64,000 bases of DNA. Origin: a bacterium. Lineage in GTDB: Bacteria > Patescibacteriota > Minisyncoccia > Phycocordibacterales > Zambryskibacteraceae. A program made the translations under genes and the position numbers. Positions 19,490 to 29,431 of this stretch are shown here, one piece after another. Each line of letters opens with the position of its first letter. Position 1 is the first letter of the stretch. Where the stretch lies: contig JAHFOF010000001.1 in the NCBI GenBank assembly GCA_023266935.1, forward strand, positions 27-64,026, read 5' to 3'. Below the pieces are notes generated by a model. The model searched no databases. It was given only the letters and a program-made list of their open reading frames with translations, and was not told the DNA's origin.

Positions 19490-21655
19490 TTAGGCCTTCA
19501 CTCCTGTTCTCTGTTCAATAATAGTTGTGGCAACGTTTGGAGGAACGATAGCATAATGATCAAATTCCATAGTAGAAGAACCTCGACCTTCGGTCATGCT
19601 TCGAAGATTGGTGACATAGCCGAACATTTCAGAAAGAGGAACCATCGCTTTAATCACCTTTAATTCGTTTCTATCTTCCATCGCTTCGATCTGTCCACGT
19701 TTTGAAGAAAGGTTTCCAGTGATGTCTCCCATGAACTTTTCTGGGACAACAACTTCTACTTTCATAATTGGTTCGAGGATAACTGGTTTAGATTTTTTAG
19801 CCGCTTCTTGAAAAGCTTGTGAGGCTGCGATTTTGTAAGCGATTTCCGAAGAGTCCACATCGTGATACGAACCGAAATTGAGTTCACAAGAAATATCCAC
19901 CATCTTGTAGCCAGCGAGAATTCCACGTTCCATCGCTTCCTTCACCCCCTTTTCAACTGCAGGAATAAATTCTTGGGGAATAACACCTCCTTTGATCGCA
20001 TCGATGAATTCAAACCCTTCTTCTCGATGAGCATTCTTGGGAACTTTTTCTTCTGGATCATATTTTGGAAGAGGTTTAATTTTTATCTTGACGTGACCGT
20101 ACTGACCCTTACCTCCTGTTTGTTTAATGTATTTGTTTTCTACTTCGGCTTCACCAGTGATAGTTTCCTTATAAGCTACTTGAGGTTTGCCTACATTTGC
20201 TTCTACACTAAACTCGCGTTTCATACGATCAACGATAATTTCTAGATGGAGTTCTCCCATGCCCATGATAACTGTCTCGCCCGTCTCTTGATCTGATTTA
20301 ATTTTAAAGGTTGGGTCTTCATCCGAAAGTCGTTTGAGCGCCATACCCATTTTCTCTTGGTCAGCCTTGGTCTTCGGTTCGATGCGAAGAGAAATAACTG
20401 GTTCAGGAAAAGTGATTTGATCAAGAATTATTGGATTGTTCTCATCAGCAAAAGTGTGTGAAGTCTTTGCATCCTTCAAACCTACTGCAGCTGCGATCTC
20501 TCCGGCGAAAACTTTTTTCACTTCCTCACGTTTATCTGCTTGGAGACGAACGATTCGACCAAGTCTCTCTTTGTTTCCTGTAGTTGCATTATAAATATAG
20601 CTTCCAGATTCAATCGTTCCTGAATAAACACGAAAGAAAGTAAGTTGTCCGACGAATGGATCAGCTTGGAGTTTAAATGCGAGTGCTGAAAATGGTTCTG
20701 AATCAGAAGCGTGTCGAAAAACTTCTTCGCCTGTGTTCGCGTCAATCGCTTTAATAGGAGGGATGTCGAGTGGAGATGGGAGATAGTCAACCACAGCATC
20801 GAGCACGAGCTGAACACCCTTGTTTTTTAACGCAGAACCAGCCATGACTGGGAAAATTTTGTTGGCGATCACCGCTTTGCGCAGAGTTTCTTTGAGTGCT
20901 TCGATTGAAATTTCTTTCCCTTCCAAATAAGCATTCATCAGACCTTCATCGTTTTCTACTATTCGTTCAACCAATTCTCTTCGATATTTTTCTGCATCAG
21001 CTTTTAAATTATCTGGGATTTCTTTCTCAATGACTTGATTACCCATATTGCCTTCGAAGTAATACGCTTTCATTTTCAAAAGGTCTACAATCCCATCATG
21101 TTTTTCTTCTTCGCCAATTGGGATTTGGAATCTTACTGCTTTTTTTGAAAGTCTGTCGAGAATTGATTTGTATGAACGTTCGAACGATGCACCGGTTCGG
21201 TCAAGTTTATTGATAAAACAAATTCGAGGTACTTGAGCCTCTTCTGCGTAGCGCCAGTTGGTTTCAGATTGAGGCTCAACGCCAGCTACTCCATCGAAAA
21301 CCACAACCGCACCGTCGAGTACACGCAGAGAGCGTTTAACTTCTACGGTAAAGTCGATGTGCCCAGGAGTGTCAATAATATTAAAACGATATTTTTTTTC
21401 TTTATTCTGTCTATCAGCTTCAGGAAGATATGTTGGACCCCAGAAACAAGTGATGGCGGCAGCGGTGATGGTGATGCCCCTCTCTCGTTCTTGCTCCATC
21501 CAGTCAGTAGTAGTGTCTCCTTCGTGCACTTCACCGATTTTGTGTTGAGAACCAGTATAAAAAAGCACACGTTCAGAAGTAGTTGTCTTCCCAGCATCAA
21601 TATGCGCGATGATTCCAAAGTTTCGTACTCGTTCTAAAGGATAGTCTCGTTCCAT
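19490..21655 (-). CDS. fusA: Elongation factor G
   Basis: [34 protein letters not shown]. Confidence 0.99.
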   Translation of the reverse strand: MERDYPLERVRNFGIIAHIDAGKTTTSERVLFYTGSQHKIGEVHEGDTTTDWMEQERERGITITAAAITCFWGPTYLPEADRQNKEKKYRFNIIDTPGHIDFTVEVKRSLRVLDGAVVVFDGVAGVEPQSETNWRYAEEAQVPRICFINKLDRTGASFERSYKSILDRLSKKAVRFQIPIGEEEKHDGIVDLLKMKAYYFEGNMGNQVIEKEIPDNLKADAEKYRRELVERIVENDEGLMNAYLEGKEISIEALKETLRKAVIANKIFPVMAGSALKNKGVQLVLDAVVDYLPSPLDIPPIKAIDANTGEEVFRHASDSEPFSALAFKLQADPFVGQLTFFRVYSGTIESGSYIYNATTGNKERLGRIVRLQADKREEVKKVFAGEIAAAVGLKDAKTSHTFADENNPIILDQITFPEPVISLRIEPKTKADQEKMGMALKRLSDEDPTFKIKSDQETGETVIMGMGELHLEIIVDRMKREFSVEANVGKPQVAYKETITGEAEVENKYIKQTGGKGQYGHVKIKIKPLPKYDPEEKVPKNAHREEGFEFIDAIKGGVIPQEFIPAVEKGVKEAMERGILAGYKMVDISCELNFGSYHDVDSSEIAYKIAASQAFQEAAKKSKPVILEPIMKVEVVVPEKFMGDITGNLSSKRGQIEAMEDRNELKVIKAMVPLSEMFGYVTNLRSMTEGRGSSTMEFDHYAIVPPNVATTIIEQRTGVKA

Positions 21656-21774
21656 ATAAGGTTAATTTTGGGCTAAAAATAAAAAGCAGTACCTGCTTAA
21701 GTAGGACTAGAATACAGGATCCAAAGGGAATAATCAAACAAAAACTCTCTTTCGGGAGATTTTTCTAATTATAG

Positions 21775-22044
21775 TCAGGGGGCTCTTTTTTCTTCTATAA
21801 ATGTTAAGAGTTCATCCAATTCACGAGCATCATTCAATGACGGGCCACCCACTATTTCTCTTGTACCCTCTTTCATAGCGCGCAACATCTCTTCAAATTT
21901 TTCAGAATATATACCTTTCTCGACCTCTTGAATAACTGACTCGTCTTCGGTTAACCTAGCCCAAAGAGATAATGCTGATGCCTTTTTTTCGTCAGACTCG
22001 TATAACTGTTTTTCAGGTTTTGGTATTTCTTCAGTTCCCATCAT
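21775..22044 (-). CDS. Hypothetical acidic protein (89 aa)
   Basis: Preceded by TGTTATAAT and flanked by two similar terminator hairpins. Confidence 0.55.
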   Translation of the reverse strand: MMGTEEIPKPEKQLYESDEKKASALSLWARLTEDESVIQEVEKGIYSEKFEEMLRAMKEGTREIVGGPSLNDARELDELLTFIEEKRAP

Positions 22045-22108
22045 TTTTATATTAAGCTACTATAATTAAATTATAACACGTAAAAACTCCCTCTCGGGAG
22101 TCTTCTGT

Positions 22109-22138
22109 TTACCAAGCGAAGTGAGTGAAAGCTTTGTT
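22109..22138 (-). repeat. Diverged duplicate of the last 10 codons of rpsG
   Basis: Reads NKAFTHFAW* versus rpsG NKAFAHFAW* (22773-22802); 23/30 nt identical. Confidence 0.85.
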
Positions 22139-22542
22139 TATTTAAAATCTCTTTGTTTTAACTCGACCTCTTCTTTCAAGAGATCGAACTTAACTATAAA
22201 AATATCAAAGAATCTCCTTTGCCCAACCACCCCCCAGGGCATCACCCGACCAGCTACATCAGGCATAAACCCGGCCTCTATATCATAGGACCAACCGCCA
22301 ACTTCAATTTTAACTTTATGAAGAAAGTACAAAGAAGCTTTACCTCCAATACCAAACACTTCATTTTTCTTACCCTTTTCAATATCTATTCCAATAGCTC
22401 TGCCTATTTCTGCATCAAAAATGCAGAGATCTGCTCCAGAGTCCACGAGAACTTCATAGCCTATCTCTTTATCTCTTAACTTGAGTTTTATTGGTATGAC
22501 TGGTCGTAGAGTACTTCCGTATTTTGCATACCTAAATTTCAT
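22138..22542 (-). CDS. Retropepsin-like (clan AA) aspartic protease
   Basis: LVDSGAD catalytic motif, FGIGG flap, GVVGQ..FF C-terminal motif. Confidence 0.8.
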   Translation of the reverse strand: MKFRYAKYGSTLRPVIPIKLKLRDKEIGYEVLVDSGADLCIFDAEIGRAIGIDIEKGKKNEVFGIGGKASLYFLHKVKIEVGGWSYDIEAGFMPDVAGRVMPWGVVGQRRFFDIFIVKFDLLKEEVELKQRDFK

Positions 22543-22544
22543 AG

Positions 22545-22739
22545 TTAAAAAGAACCCACAAATGCTGACAAATTTTCAGGTATGCGAGTGAGAAATGGAG
22601 TTTTTTCAGTTTTCTTCTGTGCTTTTAATAGAGCTTCTTTTAAGGTTTTTCCAAAACCAAGAACTGTCTCTTCGTCTTCTGCAAGAGCAACCCATTGCCC
22701 TTTATATTTTTTATATAGTGTAGTCCAATCTTTTGCCAT
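22545..22739 (-). CDS. Small DUF5678-like protein
   Basis: LYKKYKGQWVAL...VLGFGKTLKEAL pattern; start MAKDW at 22739; 2-nt gap to the protease gene. Confidence 0.7.
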   Translation of the reverse strand: MAKDWTTLYKKYKGQWVALAEDEETVLGFGKTLKEALLKAQKKTEKTPFLTRIPENLSAFVGSF

Positions 22740-22772
22740 ACATATATTATTACACAAAAACAGATGTAGGTG

Positions 22773-23243
22773 CTACCACGCAAAATGCGCGAAGGCTTTG
22801 TTTGATTCAGCCATCTTGTGAGTATTTTCTCTCTTACGAACTGCATCTCCTTCATTCTTTGAAGCAGAAATAAACTCTTCGGCGAGTTTCATATGCATCG
22901 GTTTGCCCTTCTTGGCTCTTGCTGCTTCTATAATCCACTTCATCGAAAGGAATTGTCGTCTTTCAGGACGAACTTCACGAGGAATTTGATAGTTCGCACC
23001 TCCAACACGACGAGAACGAACTTCCATAGTAGGTCCAGTGTTCTTCAAAGCTTCTTCGAAAACTTCCAAAGGATCTTTAACTTTCGCAAGTTCTTTAATG
23101 GCGTCGAGGGAACGATAAACCACAGCACGAGCAGTAGTCTTCTTGCCTTCGAGCATTAAATAATTAATAAACTTCGCGATCTTTTCAGAATTATAAACTG
23201 AATCTGGGGTTAATTTTGGTTTGGCTTTAAGTTTGCGTCGCAT
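22773..23243 (-). CDS. rpsG: 30S ribosomal protein S7
   Basis: EVRSRRVGGANYQIP, HKMAESNKAFAHF. Confidence 0.98.
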   Translation of the reverse strand: MRRKLKAKPKLTPDSVYNSEKIAKFINYLMLEGKKTTARAVVYRSLDAIKELAKVKDPLEVFEEALKNTGPTMEVRSRRVGGANYQIPREVRPERRQFLSMKWIIEAARAKKGKPMHMKLAEEFISASKNEGDAVRKRENTHKMAESNKAFAHFAW

Positions 23244-23247
23244 AAAA

Positions 23248-23273
23248 TTATATATAGTGAGTTTATCGAACTA
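23248..23273 (-). repeat. Junction element, rpsL-rpsG copy
   Basis: TAG TTCGATAAACTCACTATATATAA. Confidence 0.8.
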
Positions 23274-23684
23274 TTTTGCCTTAGGTTTCTTCATTCCGTA
23301 CTGGCTTCTTGATTGTCGGCGAGTCTCGACGCCGGTTGCATCCAAAACTCCTCGGACAATAGTGTATCGAAGACCAACATCCTTCACTCTTCCCCCTCGA
23401 AGCATAACCACGGAGTGTTCTTGAAGACCATGACCAATACCAGGAATATAGGCTGTCACTTCTAGGCCGTTCGTAAGACGAACACGAGCGATCTTGCGAA
23501 TAGCGGAGTTAGGTTTCTTCGGAGTCTTGGTGGTTACCTTGGTGCATACCCCTCGTTTAAAAGGAGAATTAAAGTAGGTAGGACGGTTTGTAATAGTATT
23601 AAACCCACGAGTAAGGGCCACCGCCTTGGATTTGCGAGTGAGTTTGTTCCTTCTTCGTCTTATTAATTGGTTTATTGTGGACAT
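23271..23684 (-). CDS. rpsL: 30S ribosomal protein S12
   Basis: [25 protein letters not shown]. Confidence 0.98.
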   Translation of the reverse strand: MSTINQLIRRRRNKLTRKSKAVALTRGFNTITNRPTYFNSPFKRGVCTKVTTKTPKKPNSAIRKIARVRLTNGLEVTAYIPGIGHGLQEHSVVMLRGGRVKDVGLRYTIVRGVLDATGVETRRQSRSQYGMKKPKAK

Positions 23685-23735
23685 ACTATAGACAAAACTG
23701 GCCTCTAATGAGGTGCGCTAACAATACTAAAAACT

Positions 23736-24353
23736 CTAGATTAAAGCAATACCGGTGATAATTCTAAACAAAACATCTATAACTGGAGCGACGAATTGCC
23801 AGATAAAGAAAATGAAGAAAAAGACAAGGATAAGACCGTATCGTTCAAAAAACCCCCGTATTTGAAAGGTTTTCTCTGGGAAGAAGGCAAAAAGAATTTT
23901 TGAACCATCGAGCGGAGGTATGGGCATCAGGTTAAAGACCATTAATAGAATGTTCACGAAAACTATGAGGGAGGAAATGTGAAGGGTGGCCTCATTAAAT
24001 CCGTGGCCTATCCCATATCTCACAAATAAACCGAAGATAACAGCAAGAATAAAGTTTGAAGCCGGACCAGCGAGGGCAACACTCGCTTCGCTCCATCTCC
24101 CTGGACGAAGATTATACGGATTATAAGGAACTGGTTTCGCCCAACCAAAAATAAATCCCCCTAGGAAATATGAGAGGGCTGGTACGATGACCGAACCGAA
24201 TAGGTCTAGGTGTTTAAGGGGGTTGAGGGTCAGCCGTCCAGCGAGTTTGGCCGTTGGATCACCCAGTTTGTCTGCCACAAGACCGTGCGAAACTTCATGA
24301 ATCACCACAGACATAATAAGAATCGCGATTTGAAAGATAAATTCTACTTGCAT
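23736..24353 (-). CDS. Site-2 protease (M50) family membrane metalloprotease
   Basis: HEVSH, AGPASN, FNLMPIPPLDG. Confidence 0.93.
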   Translation of the reverse strand: MQVEFIFQIAILIMSVVIHEVSHGLVADKLGDPTAKLAGRLTLNPLKHLDLFGSVIVPALSYFLGGFIFGWAKPVPYNPYNLRPGRWSEASVALAGPASNFILAVIFGLFVRYGIGHGFNEATLHISSLIVFVNILLMVFNLMPIPPLDGSKILFAFFPEKTFQIRGFFERYGLILVFFFIFFIWQFVAPVIDVLFRIITGIALI

Positions 24354-24398
24354 AGACGAATTATAACATGTGTGCTACGATAAACCCCTAATAAATAT

Positions 24399-24641
24399 AT
24401 GGCGAAGATTTGCCCAATCACTAAAAAAGGTTCAATCATGGGTGGAGGTTACTCCAACCGAACTCGTGCTACCCAGTTCAACCCAACAGGTATGGTTCGC
24501 AAATATCCAAACCTCCAAAAGAAGCGCATTTATGTACCAGAATTAAAGAAAACCATCACTCTCACCCTTTCAACCAAGGCCATCAAAACTATTCAGAAAC
24601 GCGGTGCTCACTCTGTCTTGAAAAAAGCTGGGATTATTTAA
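24399..24641 (+). CDS. rpmB: 50S ribosomal protein L28
   Basis: MAKICPITKK, RKYPNLQKKRIY, LSTKAIKTI. Confidence 0.9.
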   Translation: MAKICPITKKGSIMGGGYSNRTRATQFNPTGMVRKYPNLQKKRIYVPELKKTITLTLSTKAIKTIQKRGAHSVLKKAGII

Positions 24642-25509
24642 TCTCTATAGTTTCACCGTCGGTTTCAAATTCAATAGTACCTAAGCCAGCAAGACCGCCG
24701 GCTGACTCGGTTGAAACAATTTTTATATTTAGTTTGTTGAAAATATCTAAGACATCTTTGTGTGGATGACCATAAGTATTATCCTTGCCCACAGAAATCA
24801 CTGCATATTCTGGAGCAACTGCTTCAACATAAGGAAATGATGAGGATGTGTGCGAACCATGGTGCCCAGCTTTCAGAACATTTGATTTTAAAATTGTTTT
24901 ATCCAAACCAAGTAAAATATATTCGGCTTTCTTCGTAGAATCTCCGGTTAACAAAAATGATTCGTCTCCATAAATTAATTTAGCCACTACAGACGCGTCA
25001 TTAGTCTCCCAATTTGAGACATCTTGATTGGGGAAAAGTATTTCAAGTCGTACACCATCACCCAAATCAACCGTCATCCCCCTTCGTGCGAGGACATCAC
25101 TGATATTTTTCTCACCAATTAATTCATGAATTATATTATCAATTTTATTTGGTGATTCAACACCGGGCTCCATGAACACGCCCACTTCGTATTGTTCTAA
25201 AACATCTACCAATCCTCCGATGTGGTCTGCGTCGGGGTGAGACTCAATCACCACATCTATCCGTCTGTCTCCAAAGGGCAAAACCTTACCCAATTCTGTG
25301 AGCACCTTTGAATTCGGTCCTCCGTCTAGGAGTATCCGTTTATGCGTTGGAGAGTCTATGAATATAGAATCGCCTTGGCCAATGTCTAAAAAATACACAT
25401 GGAGCAGGTTTGAAGGTTGGTCTGCCCGCACACTCCCCCAAACGAAAACATTGGCGAGCAGGAGCCCAACAAGGATGGATTCTCTCCAATAGTTTTTAAG
25501 AAATTTCAC
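24634..25509 (-). CDS. ComEC/Rec2-type metallo-beta-lactamase-fold protein
   Basis: FLDIGQGDS, SHPDADHIGG, LLTGD, GHHGS, NTYGHP. Confidence 0.92.
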   Translation of the reverse strand: MKFLKNYWRESILVGLLLANVFVWGSVRADQPSNLLHVYFLDIGQGDSIFIDSPTHKRILLDGGPNSKVLTELGKVLPFGDRRIDVVIESHPDADHIGGLVDVLEQYEVGVFMEPGVESPNKIDNIIHELIGEKNISDVLARRGMTVDLGDGVRLEILFPNQDVSNWETNDASVVAKLIYGDESFLLTGDSTKKAEYILLGLDKTILKSNVLKAGHHGSHTSSSFPYVEAVAPEYAVISVGKDNTYGHPHKDVLDIFNKLNIKIVSTESAGGLAGLGTIEFETDGETIEIK

Positions 25510-25538
25510 CTCTTTATTATAAATGATAGAATATTAGG

Positions 25539-26141
25539 ATGATAAAACAATTTGAAGAAAAGAAATTTTCTATCCCAAAATTAAAAGGCATCTCAACGAA
25601 GATGATCGAGGAGCATCTAAAACTTTATGCTGGCTATGTGAAGAACACGAACCTGATTAACTCGATGATAGATATGTATTCTAAGGTGGATGATGAAGGG
25701 GGTAAATATTCTGTTTCAGAAATCACTCGTCGATTTTCTTTTGAATACAACGGGATGAGGAATCATGAGATTTATTTCTCTCATTTTGAAGGTGGACCAA
25801 AAGAGATTTCAAAAGATGGAGAACTGTATAAATCGATTGAATACATTTGGGGCTCATTCGATGTGTGGCTCACTCGATTTAAAACTATAGCCACCACTCG
25901 TGGAGTCGGTTGGGCGATTCTCTATTTTGATAAGAAAGAAAAAGTGCTCATAAACGCATGGGTAGATGAGCAACACCTCGGTCAACTCCAGAATTGTGAG
26001 GTGATTCTCGCTTTGGATATGTGGGAACATTCATTCGTCGCAGATTATCAACCTAGTGGCAAGAAAAATTATATTGAAGATTTCTTCGTTAATTTAAATT
26101 GGCAGACTTGTGAACATAACCTCGCAAACGCACTAAAATAA
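25539..26141 (+). CDS. Fe/Mn superoxide dismutase family protein
   Basis: EHLKLYAGYV, NHEIYF, GVGWA, LDMWEHSF. Confidence 0.9.
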   Translation: MIKQFEEKKFSIPKLKGISTKMIEEHLKLYAGYVKNTNLINSMIDMYSKVDDEGGKYSVSEITRRFSFEYNGMRNHEIYFSHFEGGPKEISKDGELYKSIEYIWGSFDVWLTRFKTIATTRGVGWAILYFDKKEKVLINAWVDEQHLGQLQNCEVILALDMWEHSFVADYQPSGKKNYIEDFFVNLNWQTCEHNLANALK

Positions 26142-27630
26142 CTCCATAGAAAACATAAACCAATACCATTCCCCATATTGGGAACGAGGAAATTTTTAGA
26201 CTGGCCCAAGAAAGATTGCCGAGTATATGGGCCACGCCGAGTATCCAAGAGAGAAAAATGTGAGCAACAAGTGTGAATGGAAGCGAGATAATCGTTGAGA
26301 CATAGGAAAGAGTTGTAGAAACAAATCCAATGAGCATGGTGAATGGGACAAAGGCTAAAATCAAAATATTAGAAAGGAGAGAAACGACAGAAACACTACC
26401 CATACTGTATAAGAGAAACGGTAAAACAAATATTTGAGTAGAAATTGTGGCTGAAAGAATCTGTCTCATCCCCCACCTCTCTGTGATTTTAGTTAAATAT
26501 TTATCAACTACTGGAGAAACATAAATCATCGCGATAGTGGCGAGCATTGAAAGTTGAAACGATGGATCAAAAACTAAAATTTTAGGATTTTGAATAAGCA
26601 TCATAAATCCTGCGACGAGCAAAGCACGAGAAACAGAATAACTTCGCCCAAACATCTTGCCCGAGATAGCTATGAGAGCCATAATCCCCGCTCGAACGAT
26701 GGTCGCACTCGCGCCGGTCATCAAAACAAACAAAATGACACCGAAAATTGAAATACTCGAAGCGATTCGGAGAGAAAGAAAACTTAAAATCCTACGGAAA
26801 AATTCTGCGACTATCATAATGTTGTATCCAGAAAGAACTACAATATGAATCACTCCCGCGTTTTTGAATTCATCCAAAATAGATTTAGGCAAGGCCTGTT
26901 TACCTGAAACAAGTAACCCCGCGAGGAGAGATGCTTTGGGCTCTTCTAAAATACTCTTCATTTTAGCCACAAAACTACCTTTGACCCATAGTAGAGAGGA
27001 TATAATTGGATTCGCCTTGTTATATGAATCGATGCTAGTTTGAGCAAAACTCATCGTGTAATAAATATCATCTTTAGATAAATACTGCCCATAATCAAAA
27101 CTTCGCCCCGCATCACTATCAATTATTCCTGGCTTTTCTAATTTTCCTGAAATCCTTATTTCATCACCATATTTAATCTCTGAATATAAATCTGTACTGA
27201 CTAAAATTCTTTCTTTGCCCTCCGAAGCCTTGGCAAAGGTGGGTCGTTCAACCTCAATCACAAACCTCGTATCTTTTTCTCTTTTCTCTGGTTCAGTCAC
27301 GACTACACCATTTAAATTTATTTTTGTACCAACGCTTTGTTCAAACTCTGCATCAACTTCATGAAAATCCTTTATATCAAAACGTAAAATCCCAAAACTA
27401 AAAGCGACTAGTCCTAAAATTATTATAAAAACTAATTTTGATACATTTTTATTCCAGATTTTTTCTGAAAAATAAATACCGAGGGAAATAATAAAAAATA
27501 AAAGCGACCAAATCGGTCGTATTTGAATAATCGATGAAACAAAGATTCCAAAAATAAAACTCCAAATGAAAACAAAGATGCTTAAATGCTTATGCTCGTA
27601 AAGAAATTTTATATTCGTGCTTGGGTCCAT
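26089..27630 (-). CDS. comEC: ComEC competence membrane protein (start uncertain)
   Basis: GVIHIVVLSGYN, ATIVRAGIM, DPSFQLS; OB-like N-terminal region. Confidence 0.9.
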   Translation of the reverse strand: MDPSTNIKFLYEHKHLSIFVFIWSFIFGIFVSSIIQIRPIWSLLFFIISLGIYFSEKIWNKNVSKLVFIIILGLVAFSFGILRFDIKDFHEVDAEFEQSVGTKINLNGVVVTEPEKREKDTRFVIEVERPTFAKASEGKERILVSTDLYSEIKYGDEIRISGKLEKPGIIDSDAGRSFDYGQYLSKDDIYYTMSFAQTSIDSYNKANPIISSLLWVKGSFVAKMKSILEEPKASLLAGLLVSGKQALPKSILDEFKNAGVIHIVVLSGYNIMIVAEFFRRILSFLSLRIASSISIFGVILFVLMTGASATIVRAGIMALIAISGKMFGRSYSVSRALLVAGFMMLIQNPKILVFDPSFQLSMLATIAMIYVSPVVDKYLTKITERWGMRQILSATISTQIFVLPFLLYSMGSVSVVSLLSNILILAFVPFTMLIGFVSTTLSYVSTIISLPFTLVAHIFLSWILGVAHILGNLSWASLKISSFPIWGMVLVYVFYGVILVRLRGYVHKSANLN

Positions 27631-28069
27631 TGTACAAATATGGTTTGGCTCCATCAGCAAAGCTGGTGGCTATCTCATCACACCTCTCGTTCGCTTGAAC
27701 ACCCGCGTGACCTTCAACCAAGCTCCAATGAATCTTTTTATCCACGCTCGCTTCATACAAATCCATCCATAAATCTTTGTTCTCTACTGGTTTCTTTTGA
27801 CTTGTGCGCCAATTATTTTTCATCCAACCATGTATCCATTCGGTGATACCCTTCACCACATAAGTCGCATCAGAATACAGAGTGACTTCCACACCTACAG
27901 GCAACGATTCTAGGGCTTTAATACAGGCCATAAGCTCCATTTTATTATTCGTCGTGTGTTCGTCTCGACCCCCTATTTCTTTCACCTCATCACCATGCTG
28001 AATAACCGCCCCCCAGCCTCCGGGTCCAGGATTCCCTTTCGAAGATCCGTCTGTGAAGATAATTATCAT
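27590..28069 (-). CDS. rnhA: Ribonuclease HI
   Basis: FTDGSSKGNPGPGGWG, TTNNKMEL, NKDLW, GHAG..NERCD. Confidence 0.96.
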   Translation of the reverse strand: MIIIFTDGSSKGNPGPGGWGAVIQHGDEVKEIGGRDEHTTNNKMELMACIKALESLPVGVEVTLYSDATYVVKGITEWIHGWMKNNWRTSQKKPVENKDLWMDLYEASVDKKIHWSLVEGHAGVQANERCDEIATSFADGAKPYLYNGPKHEYKISLRA

Positions 28070-29040
28070 TATGAAAGTATATCATTAACTAATTTTGTAA
28101 TTTTATAAGCATCTCCGTGCTTAAGTAATCCTAAATAAGACTCAATGGTTTCCGGCTTAACATCTTCTTTCTTCAGATTCTTAAACATCCTCTTCTTAGT
28201 CGAAGTCCTCAATACTCTGTGGTTAAAAAAGTTCACCCAACCCAGAAAATCCACTCCTGAAGCAAGAGTTTTAATAAAAACCTTATCCGGGTGCAGTTGT
28301 AGTTTTAATTTATTATTTAAAAATTTATTTATTTCCACCAACAAATTCTCCAAATATTTCTTATCTTGAGACATAGTCACAAAATCATCGGCATATCGAA
28401 TATAATATTTCACCTTTAATTTATGCTTCAGATATTGATCAAATTCATTCATATGGATATTCACTAGAAGTTGAGAGGTTAAATTTCCTAATGGTAGGCC
28501 TGTATTTTCCTTTTCTGAACTAAAGCTTCTAATGATTCTTTCCAAAAGCCAGATGGTGTCTAGGTCTTTAATATGTTTCCTCAATATGGTTAGGAGTATT
28601 CGATGATCAATACTGGCAAAGAATTTCCTGATGTCACACTTCAGAATCCAACATTGCTTAGTATTATTTTTGGATACTTTATGTCCAAATACTCTAAATC
28701 TGTTTATCGCTCTATGTGTTCCTTTGTTTAGTCTGCAGGAATATGAATCATGGATAAACTTTTTGTCGAAATATGGATACAAAACTCTATATAAGCAATG
28801 ATGAAGTAATCTGTCTCGGACTAAAGCTTTGTGAATATTTCTTGGTTTTGGGTCTGAGATATTGAAGGCGTGGTAGGAGCTATGGATATAGGATTTATTT
28901 ACTAAATCTTCATGTAGTTGGAAGATGTTTGAAGAAAGGTTGTCAGCAAACAACATTACATCTTTTCTTTTGCGTTTACCTTTTAAAAACTCCCGCCAAG
29001 CATCCAATAGATTTTCGATTGATATGATATTCTCATACAT
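28069..29040 (-). CDS. DGR-type reverse transcriptase (start 29040, or TTG at 29049)
   Basis: DPKPR, RDRLLH, KCDIRKFFASIDH, GLPLGNLTSQ, YIRYADD, DFLG; about 323 aa with no maturase or endonuclease tail; linked to TR/VR. Confidence 0.95.
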   Translation of the reverse strand: MYENIISIENLLDAWREFLKGKRKRKDVMLFADNLSSNIFQLHEDLVNKSYIHSSYHAFNISDPKPRNIHKALVRDRLLHHCLYRVLYPYFDKKFIHDSYSCRLNKGTHRAINRFRVFGHKVSKNNTKQCWILKCDIRKFFASIDHRILLTILRKHIKDLDTIWLLERIIRSFSSEKENTGLPLGNLTSQLLVNIHMNEFDQYLKHKLKVKYYIRYADDFVTMSQDKKYLENLLVEINKFLNNKLKLQLHPDKVFIKTLASGVDFLGWVNFFNHRVLRTSTKKRMFKNLKKEDVKPETIESYLGLLKHGDAYKITKLVNDILS

Positions 29041-29431
29041 ATGTATCAATCTAATACTATCAGTACCCCCCCCCGCAAAAGTACCTGCGGTACTTTTTAG
29101 AACAAAAAATATATATTCAATTTGGTTAAATCTTTATAGAAAATTTCCTAAACCGGAGCGATTTGGTATCGGTGAAAAAATAGATATTTTGTTTCTTGAT
29201 ATTCTAGAACTCGTTTTTATATTTAAATTTGCCAAATTATTCGAGAAAATTTCATATACAGAATCAATTATTTTAATAATAGATAAATTAAAATTTTTTA
29301 TGGAAGTTGCTTGGGAGAATAAACTGATTTCAAGCAAGCAGTATAGTGAAATTCTGATAAAACTCGAAGAAATCGGAAAAGAGTTTGGTGGATGGAGAAA
29401 ATCATTAACAAAAACTCCTACCTTTCGATAG
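29041..29431 (+). CDS. avd: Avd-like four-helix-bundle accessory protein, antisense to RT/TR; frame from ATG 29041 broken at C9 tract (alternative in-frame ATGs at 29024 and 28925)
   Basis: FPKPERFGIGEKID...DKLKFF..AWE..IS.KQY...L.EIGKEFGGW Avd pattern inside a DGR. Confidence 0.8.
29066..29074 (+). repeat. C9 homopolymer followed by a perfect 9-bp hairpin at 29077-29097
   Basis: GTA CCCCCCCCC GC AAAAGTACC TGC GGTACTTTT. Confidence 0.9.

Noticed and set aside
4145-23273. Junction repeats as a CRISPR array
   Set aside because: Copies are kilobases apart and separated by whole genes, with no spacers or cas genes.
28069-29049. RT as a group II intron, retron or CRISPR-associated RT
   Set aside because: No maturase/endonuclease domain, intron domain V, msr-msd or cas genes; the adjacent adenine-specific TR/VR pair and Avd identify a DGR.
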